A stretch of 61,608 nucleotides of DNA from Syntrophaceae bacterium UBA4767 (GTDB lineage Bacteria > Desulfobacterota > Syntrophia > Syntrophales > UBA4767). The stretch lies in NCBI GenBank assembly GCA_002403385.1, contig DHHR01000079.1, positions 1 through 61,608 on the forward strand. The letters are read 5' to 3'. The notes beneath the pieces are model-generated. The model had not been told where the DNA came from. It saw only the letters and a program-made list of their open reading frames with translations, and did no database searches. Every line of letters begins with the position of its first letter. Position 1 is the stretch's first letter. A program made the translations under genes and the position numbers. Shown piece by piece: positions 19,984-30,990 of the stretch.

Positions 19984-21309
19984 TCAAACGTCATTTGAAT
20001 CCTGGACCCTATCAAGTTTGGCAGGAAGCACTACCAGGACCTTCTTAATGGATTTCATATCCACGTCTTCTATCACAAAGATAACATCCCCCCAGTGCAA
20101 TGTCTCGTTTCTCTTGGGTATTTTGCCCATCTTGCATAACAAAAAACCGCCTAAGGTATCGTATTGTCCATCTGGAATATCAACGTGAATGGTTTGACGC
20201 ATGCGCTCAATACTGACCCGCGCATTAAATATGTACCTTCCCGATCCGATCTTCTTGTAAAATTCATCTTCTGTATCAAATTCATCATCAACCTCACCTA
20301 CAACGGATTCCAAGATATCTTCTGTTGTTACGATGCCTATGGCGCCACCGTATTCGTCAACGACGATTGCCATCCGTTCCCCTACACTTTGGAACTCAAC
20401 AAGCAGTTCTTTCGCCAACTTCGTTTCAGGAATATAGAGAGGCACGGGTTTTACGCAAGAAGCAATACTCTGATCTTTATCAGGAAGCGCAGGAGACCCC
20501 CATCTTCGGGTTCGGACGGCTTCGATTAGATCAAAATAATGCAATATACCAATAATATTGAATATTTTGTCATCATAAACGGGAATGCGAAGGTACTTTT
20601 TCTCCGTCATGAAACGTGCGGCGCCCTCACAATCCATAGTTACGGGAAGGATTGTCACAGCCGAAATGGGAACCATTATTTCACTGACCGTTAGTTCCGA
20701 AAAATCAAGGACTCTTCTCACCATATCCCTTTCTATGTTGAGAATATCACTGCTTTTATTCTCTTTATCTGTCCCAAGAATAAACTTTAGTCCCCCTTTT
20801 GTGATATAGGATGAATTGATGACCTCTTTTTCACCTTTTGATATTCGGAGGGCTCCTCTGGATATTCTTGAAATCAAGAAGATCACAGGGAAGAACAGCA
20901 GCGATGCGATCCATATGAAAGGGGAAATTCTTATCGCCACCAACTCAGCATGTTGCTGAAATATGCTCTTGGGGATAATTTCACCAAAAACAAGAAGTGT
21001 AGGCACCATTATGAAAACAGATATTAGTTCTCCCCGACCTTCCCCAAAGATCGATACAAATAAACCTGTCGCAACAGCGGTGCTTGTCACAACACATAAA
21101 TTGGTGCCCGTCAGTGTCGTCGCCAGGAACCATTCCGGTTTTTCTGAGAGCTTCACCGCCATACGCGCCAACTTAGAACCTCTTTTAGCCTTTTGACGAA
21201 TTTTATAAATATCCGAAGCAATAAGCGCGATTTCACCGCCCGAGAATAATCCCTCCAAGCACAAGCATAAAATAATCAACAAAAAGGACAGCGCATTATT
21301 CACGATCAC
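19984..21309 (-). CDS. CNNM/CorC-HlyC (DUF21 + CBS + CorC) membrane protein
   Basis: [48 protein letters not shown]. Confidence 0.93.
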   Translation of the reverse strand: MIVNNALSFLLIILCLCLEGLFSGGEIALIASDIYKIRQKAKRGSKLARMAVKLSEKPEWFLATTLTGTNLCVVTSTAVATGLFVSIFGEGRGELISVFIMVPTLLVFGEIIPKSIFQQHAELVAIRISPFIWIASLLFFPVIFLISRISRGALRISKGEKEVINSSYITKGGLKFILGTDKENKSSDILNIERDMVRRVLDFSELTVSEIMVPISAVTILPVTMDCEGAARFMTEKKYLRIPVYDDKIFNIIGILHYFDLIEAVRTRRWGSPALPDKDQSIASCVKPVPLYIPETKLAKELLVEFQSVGERMAIVVDEYGGAIGIVTTEDILESVVGEVDDEFDTEDEFYKKIGSGRYIFNARVSIERMRQTIHVDIPDGQYDTLGGFLLCKMGKIPKRNETLHWGDVIFVIEDVDMKSIKKVLVVLPAKLDRVQDSNDV

Positions 21310-22564
21310 CGTCCACCCTTTCTATCCGGATCCTCTCTATCCTTGTTCCACGCGCCCCTTCAACATAAAAGTTGTAATTTCCATAGGATACTTTATCATT
21401 TTTCGAAGGCAACTTACCGAACAGGTGGAAAACAAAACCTCCCACCGTGTCAAAATCCTCTGTAGAAATGGAAATATCAATGATCTCGTTCAAATCTCCA
21501 ATGGACATCCGTCCCGAAACAATCCATGTCCGCTCATCTATCTTTTGCCAAAACACTCCTTTGAGCTTCTGCTCCTCATAAATATCTCCGAAGAGATTTC
21601 TAAAAATATCCTCCAGCGTCACCAGACCGGAAACCCCGCCATATTCGTCAACCACAATGGCGATCTGCATCCTCCTGAGTTGAAAATCTTCCAGCAAACT
21701 GCCCACCCGCCTTTCTAGGGGAACGAAGTATGGTTTTTTTAAAAGTTTCTCCAAATGAACCTGTTTATTGCCATTCAAAAGTTTATGAAATAAATCTTTT
21801 GCAAATAAAATCCCTAGGATATCGTCCTTGTTCGTTCCATAAATAGGAATTTTGGAATGTCGAGCCCGGATAATCTCTTTTTCCATAGCCGCTATATCCA
21901 TGGATATGGGAAGACAAAACATCTCCACCCTGGGAGCCATAACTTCAGAAACGGGTTCATCATTCGATGCAAAAACCCTATGAATAATATCCCGCTGCGT
22001 CTCTTCGAGGGCGCCTTCTTTGTATCCCGCATCAATCAAAAGTTTAAATTCATCTTCCGTAAGGTAATTGCCGGCTACGAACTCTTCTCCCGGGTAAAGC
22101 GATGCGAACCAATTCGACATCTTCTCCAATGCCCAAACTACAGGCCACGTTATATAAGCAATAAAGGTCAGCAAGGGAGAGACAAAACTTGAAACGGCAA
22201 TAGGATAAACAACTCCAAAGGTCTTGGGAAGGGCTTCCGCGAAAATAAGCAATATCGGCGTTGTCACCAGCACTGTAATCCACTGGCCGTTTTCTTGGAA
22301 CAATTGGATAAAAAGAGCGGCCATTATGACAGAGATTATAATATTAACGGATTCATTTCCAACAATAATAGTAATGAGGAGCTTTCTGGGGCGTTTCAAC
22401 AGACGGGAAACAAAAGAATAATAAAAAGGAAATTTTTCTTCCATCATTTTGTGAAGATGGAGAGGGCTGAGCGAAAACAACGCTGCCTCTGCGCCGGAAA
22501 ACAGCGCCGAGAAAGCGAGCAGAAACACTAATAAAATAAGCTTTATTGTAATATCGGCGTCCAA
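21296..22564 (-). CDS. CNNM/CorC-HlyC (DUF21 + CBS + CorC) membrane protein, paralog
   Basis: FSGAEAALFSL, IFAEALPKT, SKIPIY, VVDEYGGVSGLVTLED, FDTVGGF; TTG start. Confidence 0.93.
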   Translation of the reverse strand: MDADITIKLILLVFLLAFSALFSGAEAALFSLSPLHLHKMMEEKFPFYYSFVSRLLKRPRKLLITIIVGNESVNIIISVIMAALFIQLFQENGQWITVLVTTPILLIFAEALPKTFGVVYPIAVSSFVSPLLTFIAYITWPVVWALEKMSNWFASLYPGEEFVAGNYLTEDEFKLLIDAGYKEGALEETQRDIIHRVFASNDEPVSEVMAPRVEMFCLPISMDIAAMEKEIIRARHSKIPIYGTNKDDILGILFAKDLFHKLLNGNKQVHLEKLLKKPYFVPLERRVGSLLEDFQLRRMQIAIVVDEYGGVSGLVTLEDIFRNLFGDIYEEQKLKGVFWQKIDERTWIVSGRMSIGDLNEIIDISISTEDFDTVGGFVFHLFGKLPSKNDKVSYGNYNFYVEGARGTRIERIRIERVDGDRE

Positions 22565-22787
22565 TTTAAATTATGCTAATATGAGGTTGATGAAAGAATC
22601 AAACTGTCCACATTGACTGTCATAAATTAACAAAAATCATCCCAAAAAGACAAATGATTTATATCGTGCAAAACAACAGAGAGATTTGTTTGACTCACGA
22701 TGATTTTTTGGTTATTAACACGCCATACTTTTTACGCTCGGCTACCTTATATTATATTGTTAACAAAAATATTTAGGAGAGTAAGCT

Positions 22788-24122
22788 ATGCCTAACATCC
22801 TTTTGATTGGAAACGGGGCCAGGGAACATGCCATCGCCGAAGCCTTGATGCGGTCAGGCCATCAACCAAGGCTTTTCTCCTACATGAAATCCAATAATCC
22901 AGGCATTGCCTCGCTGTCGGAGAAGGTCGCCACAGGTTCCTACAATGACATGGGCGCCATTCAAAAATTTGCCGGCAGCTGCCGGAGTCATTTCGCCATT
23001 ATCGGCCCCGAAGATCCCTTAAATAACGGCATTGTGGATATGCTTAAAGATTCAGGCATCCCAGCCATCGGCCCAACAAAATCGCTGGCGCGCCTGGAAA
23101 CATCAAAATCCTTCACCAGACAATTGCTCGAAAAATACCATATCCCAGGCAATCCAAAATTCAAAAACTTCTCGTCGCTTTCCGATATAGAATCCTATAT
23201 CAGCGAACTCCAATATAGCGGGAATATCGTTATCAAACCCGATGGATTAACCGGAGGGAAAGGTGTTTTGGTGCAAGGTGATCACTTCCACAGCAAAGAC
23301 GATGCGTTACGACACTGTCAGGATATACTTAAAGAACATGCCCACGTCATTATTGAAGAGAAAATGGAGGGTGAAGAATTTTCTCTCCAGTGTTTCTGTG
23401 ACGGCAAAACCGTAGCGGCGGCCCCTCCCGTTCAGGATCACAAAAGGCGATTCGTCGATGATAAAGGCCCCAATACGGGTGGCATGGGATCATACTCTTA
23501 TGAAAATCATACGCTGCCTTTTTTGAAAAGCCAGGATGTCCCGGATGCCCTCGCCATTACCCAGAAGGTAGCGGACGCCATTTATCGGGAAACGGGGAAT
23601 CTTTACAAAGGCATCATGTACGGTGGCTTTATAGCTGCCAGGGAGGGAGTTAAGCTGCTGGAGTACAACGCGCGGCTCGGCGACCCGGAAGCGATGAATA
23701 TTCTACCTCTCCTGAAAACGGACTTCGTAGAGCTTTGCCAGGCCATTATTGAAGGCACGCTCGATCGGCTCAAGATAATTTTCGACAACAAGGCTACCGT
23801 CTGTAAGTATGTGGTGCCGAAAGGTTACGGGCTTCCCGCTAATCACCCTGAGGCAGGTTCTGCTTCGTCAAGGATTAACATCGGCAATGTGGGGCAGGCA
23901 AGGTTGTACTACGCCTCCGTGGACAAAAGAGCAGACGGTCTTTACATGAGCGCTTCACGGGCCGTCGCTGCCGTTGGCATAGCGGAAACCATTTCTAAGG
24001 CCGAACGGATTGCCGAACACGCGATATCGGCTATCCAGGGCGCTGTCGATCACCGCCCCGATATCGGAACGAAAGCTGCAATTGAAAAAAGAGTTGAGCA
24101 CATGAAGCAGATACGTGGATAG
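22788..24122 (+). CDS. purD: Phosphoribosylamine--glycine ligase
   Basis: GNGAREHA, NPG, GPEDPL, LETSKSF, KPDGLTGGKGV, QDHKR, GPNTGGMGSY, EYNARLGDPE, RPDIG. Confidence 0.97.
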   Translation: MPNILLIGNGAREHAIAEALMRSGHQPRLFSYMKSNNPGIASLSEKVATGSYNDMGAIQKFAGSCRSHFAIIGPEDPLNNGIVDMLKDSGIPAIGPTKSLARLETSKSFTRQLLEKYHIPGNPKFKNFSSLSDIESYISELQYSGNIVIKPDGLTGGKGVLVQGDHFHSKDDALRHCQDILKEHAHVIIEEKMEGEEFSLQCFCDGKTVAAAPPVQDHKRRFVDDKGPNTGGMGSYSYENHTLPFLKSQDVPDALAITQKVADAIYRETGNLYKGIMYGGFIAAREGVKLLEYNARLGDPEAMNILPLLKTDFVELCQAIIEGTLDRLKIIFDNKATVCKYVVPKGYGLPANHPEAGSASSRINIGNVGQARLYYASVDKRADGLYMSASRAVAAVGIAETISKAERIAEHAISAIQGAVDHRPDIGTKAAIEKRVEHMKQIRG

Positions 24123-24150
24123 AAAAATAAATGACACTTATGGAGAGAAA

Positions 24151-25722
24151 ATGCGAAGAAATGAAATTAAACGGGCTTTGATCAGTGTGACAGACAAAAA
24201 AGGCATAGTCGATTTTGCCAAAGAACTCATGGTTTTCGGTGTGGAAATCATTTCGACCGGCGGAACAGCAGCTCAACTAAGGAAAAATAGCATTAAAGTC
24301 AAGGATGTTTCCGAATACACGGGCTTTCCTGAAATGATGGATGGAAGACTGAAGACTCTTCATCCTAAGATTCATGGCGGCCTGTTGGCGCTGCGCAGCA
24401 ATGAAGAACATATGAAAGCCGCCAAAGCGCACCTCATTGAAATGATCGATATGGTGGTTGTCAATCTCTATCGTTTTGAAGATGCTGCTGCCAAAGAAAA
24501 TTGCACGCTTGAAGAGGCCGTGGAAAATATTGACATAGGGGGGCCAACGATGCTTCGGGCGGCGGCGAAAAATTATCCCTTCGTGAGCGTTGTCACCGAT
24601 CCGGATGATTATCCTGGAATAGTTAAAGAAATGAAAGAAAATCAAGGAAAGATATCAGAAGCCACCAATTTTGCTTTAGCCACAAAAACATTTCAGTTGA
24701 CCGCCCGTTATGATGCCGCCATTTCCAACTACCTTGGCAGGATGAGTTCTTCCGGCGAGAAAACGGCAATATTCCCCAGCGCGTTCACCGTTCAATTCAG
24801 CAAGATTCAGGAACTTAGATACGGGGAAAATCCCCACCAGAAAGCCGCCTTCTATGGCGAAAGGAACCCTGCACTTTCCGCCATACCGAATGCCCGTCAG
24901 ATTCAGGGGAAGGAACTATCCTACAATAACATTATGGACTCCGATGCCGCATGGCAAATGGTTTCCGACTTTTCAAAACCAGCCGCCATTATCGTTAAAC
25001 ACACAAATCCCTGCGGAGCGGCAACATCCGACGGCGAGATCGCCCTTGCCTACCGCAAGGCTCTGCAAACAGACCCTCTATCCGCCTTCGGCGGCATTGT
25101 GGCCTTCAACCGGCAGGTAGACAAAAAAACAGCGGAAGAAATTGCGAAGACCTTTTTGGAAGTAATTATTGCTCCCCGTTTCGATGAGGAAGCCGTTGCT
25201 CTGCTCGCTTCCAAAAAAAACCTGAGAATCCTGGAAATTCCCTCCTCCTCGGCGATGCGATTCGCCGGCTACGATTTCAGGCGCGTTGCAGGAGGGCTGC
25301 TCCTTCAAGATAAAGACTCCATAGATTTTGATATTAAAAAAGCTCAAATCGTTACAAAAAGACATCCGTCAGAGGATGAATATCAGGCGCTTGACTTCGC
25401 CTGGAGGGTCGTAAAACACGTAAAGTCAAACGCCATTGTCTATGCCACAAAAGATCAACTGGTGGGTGTGGGAGCGGGTCAAATGAGCCGCGTTGACTCC
25501 GTTAAAATCGCGAAAATGAAGGCAAACCTTCCCACCCAGGGTTGTGTCTTGGCCTCGGATGCCTTCTTTCCTTTCCGCGACGGCGTGGATATCGCGGCAC
25601 AAGCAGGAATCACGGCCATCATCCAACCCGGCGGGTCCATCAAAGACCATGATGTCATCACGGCCGCAGATGAACACAACATGGCCATGATATTCACAGG
25701 AATAAGACATTTCAAGCACTAA
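24151..25722 (+). CDS. purH: Bifunctional AICAR transformylase / IMP cyclohydrolase
   Basis: [56 protein letters not shown]. Confidence 0.99.
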   Translation: MRRNEIKRALISVTDKKGIVDFAKELMVFGVEIISTGGTAAQLRKNSIKVKDVSEYTGFPEMMDGRLKTLHPKIHGGLLALRSNEEHMKAAKAHLIEMIDMVVVNLYRFEDAAAKENCTLEEAVENIDIGGPTMLRAAAKNYPFVSVVTDPDDYPGIVKEMKENQGKISEATNFALATKTFQLTARYDAAISNYLGRMSSSGEKTAIFPSAFTVQFSKIQELRYGENPHQKAAFYGERNPALSAIPNARQIQGKELSYNNIMDSDAAWQMVSDFSKPAAIIVKHTNPCGAATSDGEIALAYRKALQTDPLSAFGGIVAFNRQVDKKTAEEIAKTFLEVIIAPRFDEEAVALLASKKNLRILEIPSSSAMRFAGYDFRRVAGGLLLQDKDSIDFDIKKAQIVTKRHPSEDEYQALDFAWRVVKHVKSNAIVYATKDQLVGVGAGQMSRVDSVKIAKMKANLPTQGCVLASDAFFPFRDGVDIAAQAGITAIIQPGGSIKDHDVITAADEHNMAMIFTGIRHFKH

Positions 25723-25794
25723 ACTGCCCTGCGGCAGCATGAACATAAAGGCCGCAAGTGGCCCCTTAAACACCCAAAGGAAACAACGTCGATT

Positions 25795-26313
25795 ATGAAA
25801 AGAAAACCAAGCGCTCTGGTCAGTGTCGTCATGGGAAGCGACTCTGACCTTCCTGTTATGGAAGAAGCAATAAAGATATTGAAAGAATTTAAAATTTCCT
25901 ATGAGGTTTTTCTGACCTCGGCCCATCGTTCCCCGCAGCGCACCGCTTTATTTGCCAAAGAAGCCAAGAAGCGGGGCATCAAAGCAATCATTGTCGGCGC
26001 CGGGGCAGCAGCCCACTTAGCCGGTGTTATTGCCGCTCAAACGACCCTCCCCGTTATCGGTGTTCCCATAGACGCCACTGCATTAGGAGGTTTTGATGCT
26101 CTTTTTTCCACGGTGCAAATGCCTGGCGGCGTGCCTGTTGCCACAATGGCTATCGGCAAGGCAGGAGCTAAAAACGCCGCCCTTTTCGCCGTTAGAATTT
26201 TAGCCGTGGAAGATGCCGAGCGGCATAAGTCCCTAGTCAATTATATCAGGAATATGGCTGTGGATATCGAAAAAAAACAAAAGCAATTGACCAATGTTCA
26301 CTCTAAAAATTGA
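25795..26313 (+). CDS. purE: N5-CAIR mutase
   Basis: MGSDSDL, SAHRSP, AGAAAHLAG, VQMPGGVPVAT. Confidence 0.98.
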   Translation: MKRKPSALVSVVMGSDSDLPVMEEAIKILKEFKISYEVFLTSAHRSPQRTALFAKEAKKRGIKAIIVGAGAAAHLAGVIAAQTTLPVIGVPIDATALGGFDALFSTVQMPGGVPVATMAIGKAGAKNAALFAVRILAVEDAERHKSLVNYIRNMAVDIEKKQKQLTNVHSKN

Positions 26314-26938
26314 TCCGGAGCATCCGGATGAAGCTCTCATCATAAGGGCTGTAAATATCCTAAAGGCCGGCGGCGTAGTCGCCTATCCTACAGAAACTTT
26401 CTACGCGCTTGGCGCCGGCGCAGAAAATAAGATGGCTGTGGAAAAGATATTTTCTCTGAAAGGCAGACCTTTCGACAATCCCATATCCATCATCATTAGT
26501 CAGATGAGCGAATTAAGTCATCTGGTTGAGCACATCCCCGACATAGCCTGCCGCCTGGCAGAAACCTTCTGGCCCGGCGCTCTGACCCTTGTCTTCCGGG
26601 CAAAACCCCATATTAATCCCCTCCTGACAGCAGGCAGCGGGAAGATAGGCATCCGCATTTCCAGCCACCCTATCGCCACCGCGCTGGCAAAAACACTCTC
26701 CCAACCAATTACCGCCACGAGCGCTAATCTATCCGGGCAGAAGGAATGCGCCACTCCCGATGAAGTCGCCTTATGTTTGGGATATCATATTGATGCCCTT
26801 ATCGACGGAGGCCCGACAGCCGGAGGCGCGGGCTCCACGATTATGGATCTCACCACCGATCCGCCTGAAATTACCAGAGCAGGAATCATTCCCCCCTTTC
26901 TGATCGAACAGGTCCTGCGGACAAATCGTCACGGATGA
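26294..26938 (+). CDS. tsaC: L-threonylcarbamoyladenylate synthase (Sua5/YrdC)
   Basis: YPTETFYALG, KGRP..NP, FWPGALT, TSANLSG, STI. Confidence 0.93.
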   Translation: MFTLKIDPEHPDEALIIRAVNILKAGGVVAYPTETFYALGAGAENKMAVEKIFSLKGRPFDNPISIIISQMSELSHLVEHIPDIACRLAETFWPGALTLVFRAKPHINPLLTAGSGKIGIRISSHPIATALAKTLSQPITATSANLSGQKECATPDEVALCLGYHIDALIDGGPTAGGAGSTIMDLTTDPPEITRAGIIPPFLIEQVLRTNRHG

Positions 26939-27028
26939 TAAAAGTTGACTTTTCCATACAAAAGTAAGAGAAAATATAGCTACCTGCCGTGACAAGTTAG
27001 GTTTCTGGACAGAAAGGGAGACATAGCG

Positions 27029-28414
27029 ATCAAAATTACGCGTGGAACGCTTTTTTTCATAACGCTTCTTTGCCTGCTGCTCATAGGCGCCGCTGAAGCC
27101 GCATACGCTTCCTTTACCGTAGAAGATGAAAAGAAGCTCGGCAAAGAATTCTATGAAAAAATGGTCGGAAACAAGATATTAGTTCAGGACAAACGCATTA
27201 ACGAATATGTGAATCAACTGGGTAACTTGATTCTTTCACACAGCCGGAAGGCCCCGTTTGAGTTTAAATTTTCTGTTATTAGAAGTTCAGCTATAAACGC
27301 CTTTGCCACCCCGGGAGGTTACATTTATGTAAACAGCGGTCTTTTCACGCTACTAGAAAACGAAGGAGAACTCGCCGGGGTGATGGCCCATGAAATAGGC
27401 CATGTGAATGGCCGTCACATAGCAGACATGATCAGTAAAGCGCAAAAGCTAAGTATCGGGACTGTCGCCGCCACTCTGGCGGGTATCTTCCTCGGTGGCG
27501 AACTGGCCGCCGCTGCCGGTAGTTTTTCGGCGGCTACCGCTACCAGTCTCAGTTTGAAGTACAGCCGAGAGCACGAAGAAGAGGCAGACAAGCTTGGCTT
27601 GTCCTACCTGGTAGCATCCGGATATAATGGAACAACGATGCTTGATTTTTTAAAGAAAATGAAAAGATACGAGTACTACTCAGGCATAGTGCCCCCTTAC
27701 TTCTTAACTCACCCGGGCACTGAGGAGAGAATAATTTACCTGGATGCCCTGATACAAACCAGATACCATGAAAATGGTAAAACAGATATTCTAGGCCCAT
27801 TTAACAGAATACAAACTCTTATATTAATAAATGAAGCAAATCCGGAAACAAATATAAAACGCTTTCAAGGCATCCTGATGAACGACCCTAACAATGTGGA
27901 TGCCCTTTACGGTTTAGCTCTGAATCAAGGGAAGTTAGGTCTCATCAGAGAACCGATGGAAAATTTTCAGAAAGCTCTCCTTCTTGCGCCGGAAGACAGC
28001 GACATTTTAAGGGATGCAGGAATTTTCTGCTATAAAATCGCTAAAATAGAAGATGCCATCCTTTGTCTGGAGAAGGCCCATCAACTTGATAATGACAACA
28101 CGGATACGGTTATTTTTTTGGGAAAGGCCTATATGGAAAAAGGGGCCTACAACAAAGCTCTTCAGCTATATCAGCCTTTGGAAAAAACAAAAATTTCCGA
28201 TCCGGAGATATACTACAATTTGGCGGCGGCCTACGGAAAAACAAATAATCCAGGGGAGTCACATTATTATTTCGGAATGTACTTCAAAAAAATAAACAAG
28301 TTTGAAAGCGCTCTTTACCACTTTAAAAAAGCGCTGGAATACTTTCCTGCAGACAATCAAAAAATAAAGGAAATAAATAAACAGATATCCTCTCTGAAAG
28401 GCAAAAGCTCTTGA
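27029..28414 (+). CDS. M48 metalloprotease with TPR repeats (BepA/YfgC-like)
   Basis: INAFATPGG, HEIGH, YSREHEEEAD, THP, C-terminal TPRs. The signal peptide is encoded upstream of the first ATG (27161), so the start is placed at ATC 27029 (ATA 27023 is an alternative). Confidence 0.88.
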   Translation: MKITRGTLFFITLLCLLLIGAAEAAYASFTVEDEKKLGKEFYEKMVGNKILVQDKRINEYVNQLGNLILSHSRKAPFEFKFSVIRSSAINAFATPGGYIYVNSGLFTLLENEGELAGVMAHEIGHVNGRHIADMISKAQKLSIGTVAATLAGIFLGGELAAAAGSFSAATATSLSLKYSREHEEEADKLGLSYLVASGYNGTTMLDFLKKMKRYEYYSGIVPPYFLTHPGTEERIIYLDALIQTRYHENGKTDILGPFNRIQTLILINEANPETNIKRFQGILMNDPNNVDALYGLALNQGKLGLIREPMENFQKALLLAPEDSDILRDAGIFCYKIAKIEDAILCLEKAHQLDNDNTDTVIFLGKAYMEKGAYNKALQLYQPLEKTKISDPEIYYNLAAAYGKTNNPGESHYYFGMYFKKINKFESALYHFKKALEYFPADNQKIKEINKQISSLKGKSS

Positions 28415-28488
28415 TAAGCCTTTTCTAAAGGAAACTTCCCATAGTTTACCCTATTTTTGCCGGACACAGTTGAGATAATCATGGAACC

Positions 28489-29805
28489 ATGGAGAAAAAG
28501 AAAAAAACACAATTATTCATGAAAAATGTCTGTTTATTGATCTGCTGCGTTTTATTGACGCTCCCCTGGCGGGCTACAGCGCAAGATCTAATAAAGCAAG
28601 GCGAGACGCTAAATCTAAAAAGATGCCTTGAAATTGCCACGCAAAGGCAGCCGACGCTGATGGCCGCCAGATATGCCACCTACGCAAGTCAAAACAAAAT
28701 CGGCCAGGCAAAAGCAAACTATTACCCGCAGGTTACATGGTCATCCGACTACAGTAGGAAGGAACCTGCATCATCGCCTTCCAAAAGCGCTTATAATGAA
28801 TATTCCAGCAATGTTATGTTAAGTCAGAATATTTATGATTTCAACAAAACAGCCACGCAGGTGGAGATTCAAAACCTCGATACCGCATCTTCCCGTTGGG
28901 AAGCCGAAAGTGTCATGGCGCAGGTTGTCTATAACGTTAAAGAGGCTTATTACGGGCTTCTGAAGGCAATAAGAGACTGTAATGTGGCTGCTGAGACCGT
29001 CAGGCAGTTTAAACAGCACCTGGATCAGGCAAAGGGCTTTTTCAAGGTGGGCACAAAACCGAAATTCGATGTAACCAAAGCGGAAGTGGATTTAAGCGAC
29101 GCAAAGCTGAATCTTCTTTCAGCTCAAAACAATGTTCATATCGCAGAAACGGCGCTCAATAATGCCATGGGCCTCCCCGAAGCTCCTGATTACCAGATTG
29201 AAGATAATCTGAACTTTGAAGAATTTTACATTGATTTTGACAAGGCCATAGATAAGGCCCTCAATAACCGTCCCGATTTGTTGTCTCTCAGAATGAAAAA
29301 GGCATCCATGGAAAAAACAGTGGATTTATCAAAGAAAGATTATTACCCGACCCTTTCCGGAAACGCTGGTTACGGCTTCGGTGGGGAAGAATTTCCCCTC
29401 GAAAAAGGCTGGAATGTCGGCGCGACCCTCACTTTCCCGTTGTTTTCGGGACTCTCAACACAATACAAAATCGAAGAGGCAAAAGCCAATCTCAACAGCA
29501 AGAAGGCCGACGAAGAATCACTGAAGCAATCCATATATCTTGAGGTCAAGCAGTCTTATTTGAATCTTACGGTAGCCGAACAGAAGATTGCTGTGGCAGA
29601 GATCGCCGTTAAACAGGCAGATGAAAATGTTGCACTGGCCAATGGACGCTATGCCGCCGGGGTGGGCAATCCCATCGAGGTTACAGATGCCCTGGTATCC
29701 CTCAGTAGGGCTAAAACGGCATATATCGGAGCGCTATATGATTACAAAATTGCTCAAGCCAGCCTTGAAAAAGCCATAGGGATAAAAAAAGATGAAACGT
29801 TATAA
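28489..29805 (+). CDS. TolC-family outer membrane efflux protein
   Basis: Signal peptide, two OEP repeats (YYPQV / YYPTLS), GRYAAGVG..IEVTDA; start may be 28519. Confidence 0.92.
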   Translation: MEKKKKTQLFMKNVCLLICCVLLTLPWRATAQDLIKQGETLNLKRCLEIATQRQPTLMAARYATYASQNKIGQAKANYYPQVTWSSDYSRKEPASSPSKSAYNEYSSNVMLSQNIYDFNKTATQVEIQNLDTASSRWEAESVMAQVVYNVKEAYYGLLKAIRDCNVAAETVRQFKQHLDQAKGFFKVGTKPKFDVTKAEVDLSDAKLNLLSAQNNVHIAETALNNAMGLPEAPDYQIEDNLNFEEFYIDFDKAIDKALNNRPDLLSLRMKKASMEKTVDLSKKDYYPTLSGNAGYGFGGEEFPLEKGWNVGATLTFPLFSGLSTQYKIEEAKANLNSKKADEESLKQSIYLEVKQSYLNLTVAEQKIAVAEIAVKQADENVALANGRYAAGVGNPIEVTDALVSLSRAKTAYIGALYDYKIAQASLEKAIGIKKDETL

Positions 29806-30970
29806 AATTATTGTTTGCATCGCCATTTTCGTCATTTTATGTACCGGAGGATATTTTATCTTCCAGCATGAAAATCAGAAAACGGCATTCAAGACAGAAA
29901 AAGTCACCAAAGGGGACATACGTTCCGTGGTAACGGCTACAGGAACGCTGAACCCGGTGAAGGCCGTTCTTGTGGGCACGCAGGTTTCAGGCACAATAAG
30001 CGAGATTTTTGTGGACTACAATTCCATAGTCAAAAAGGGACAACTCCTGGCCCAAATCGATCCGGCTATTTTTAGGGCACAGGTAGAGCAGGCTCGCGCC
30101 AATCTTCTTGCCGCCAAAGCGAATGTGGATAAAGCGAAGGCAACTTACGAAGATGCAAAAAGAAATATGGAAAGGAACAGGGCGCTTCTGGCCAAAGAAC
30201 TTATTGCTGTAAGCGATTTTGATACCTCCGAAACCAACTTTCTCTCCGCCCAAGCTCAGTTAAACTCCTCAAAGGCTCAAGTTGAACAAGCGCAAGCGGC
30301 GCTTGCCCTCGCGGAAACAAATCTACGATACACGCATATTCTTTCACCCGTAAACGGCATGGTCATATCTAGAAACGTCGATGTCGGTCAGACTGTAGCA
30401 GCCAGCTTTCAGACGCCAACGCTGTTTACAATCGCGGAAGACCTCACGCGGATGCAAATTGATATATCCGTCGACGAAGCGGATATTGGAAATATTCAGG
30501 AAAAACAATCTGTGGAGTTTACGGTGGACGCCTACCCTGATGTGATTTTTCATGGAAAGGTAGCGGAAGTGAGGTATGCGCCGATTACGGTTCAGAACGT
30601 TGTAACCTATGACGTTATCGTCAAGGTGGATAACCCCGACCTGAAGCTCAAGCCGGGGATGACCGCCAATGTTGCCATCATCACCGCCCTCAGACAAGGT
30701 ATCCTGAAGGCGCCCAATGCCGCCCTGAGGGTTAAGATGCCTGATAAGAACAGCAGAAATTCTCGAACAAAAAAAGGTCCTTTGCTCTGGGTTCTGGAAA
30801 ATGGAAAACCGCGGGCCATAAAAATCACTGCCGGCAACAGCGACGGAAGATTCACAGAAGTCAAGGGGGAATTTCTTCGAGAGGGCATGGATGTCATTGT
30901 CGCTGCCAGCGCTGCCGACAGCAAAACAGCAGATACCTTTCGCCCCCGCAATCCTGGCTTCTTTCACTAA
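29792..30970 (+). CDS. MacA-like efflux periplasmic adaptor
   Basis: N-terminal TM, VGTQVSG, GQTVAASFQTPTLF, VDEADIG, LKPGMTANV. Confidence 0.95.
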   Translation: MKRYKIIVCIAIFVILCTGGYFIFQHENQKTAFKTEKVTKGDIRSVVTATGTLNPVKAVLVGTQVSGTISEIFVDYNSIVKKGQLLAQIDPAIFRAQVEQARANLLAAKANVDKAKATYEDAKRNMERNRALLAKELIAVSDFDTSETNFLSAQAQLNSSKAQVEQAQAALALAETNLRYTHILSPVNGMVISRNVDVGQTVAASFQTPTLFTIAEDLTRMQIDISVDEADIGNIQEKQSVEFTVDAYPDVIFHGKVAEVRYAPITVQNVVTYDVIVKVDNPDLKLKPGMTANVAIITALRQGILKAPNAALRVKMPDKNSRNSRTKKGPLLWVLENGKPRAIKITAGNSDGRFTEVKGEFLREGMDVIVAASAADSKTADTFRPRNPGFFH

Positions 30971-30990
30971 GAATTGACGGTAAAAATGTC

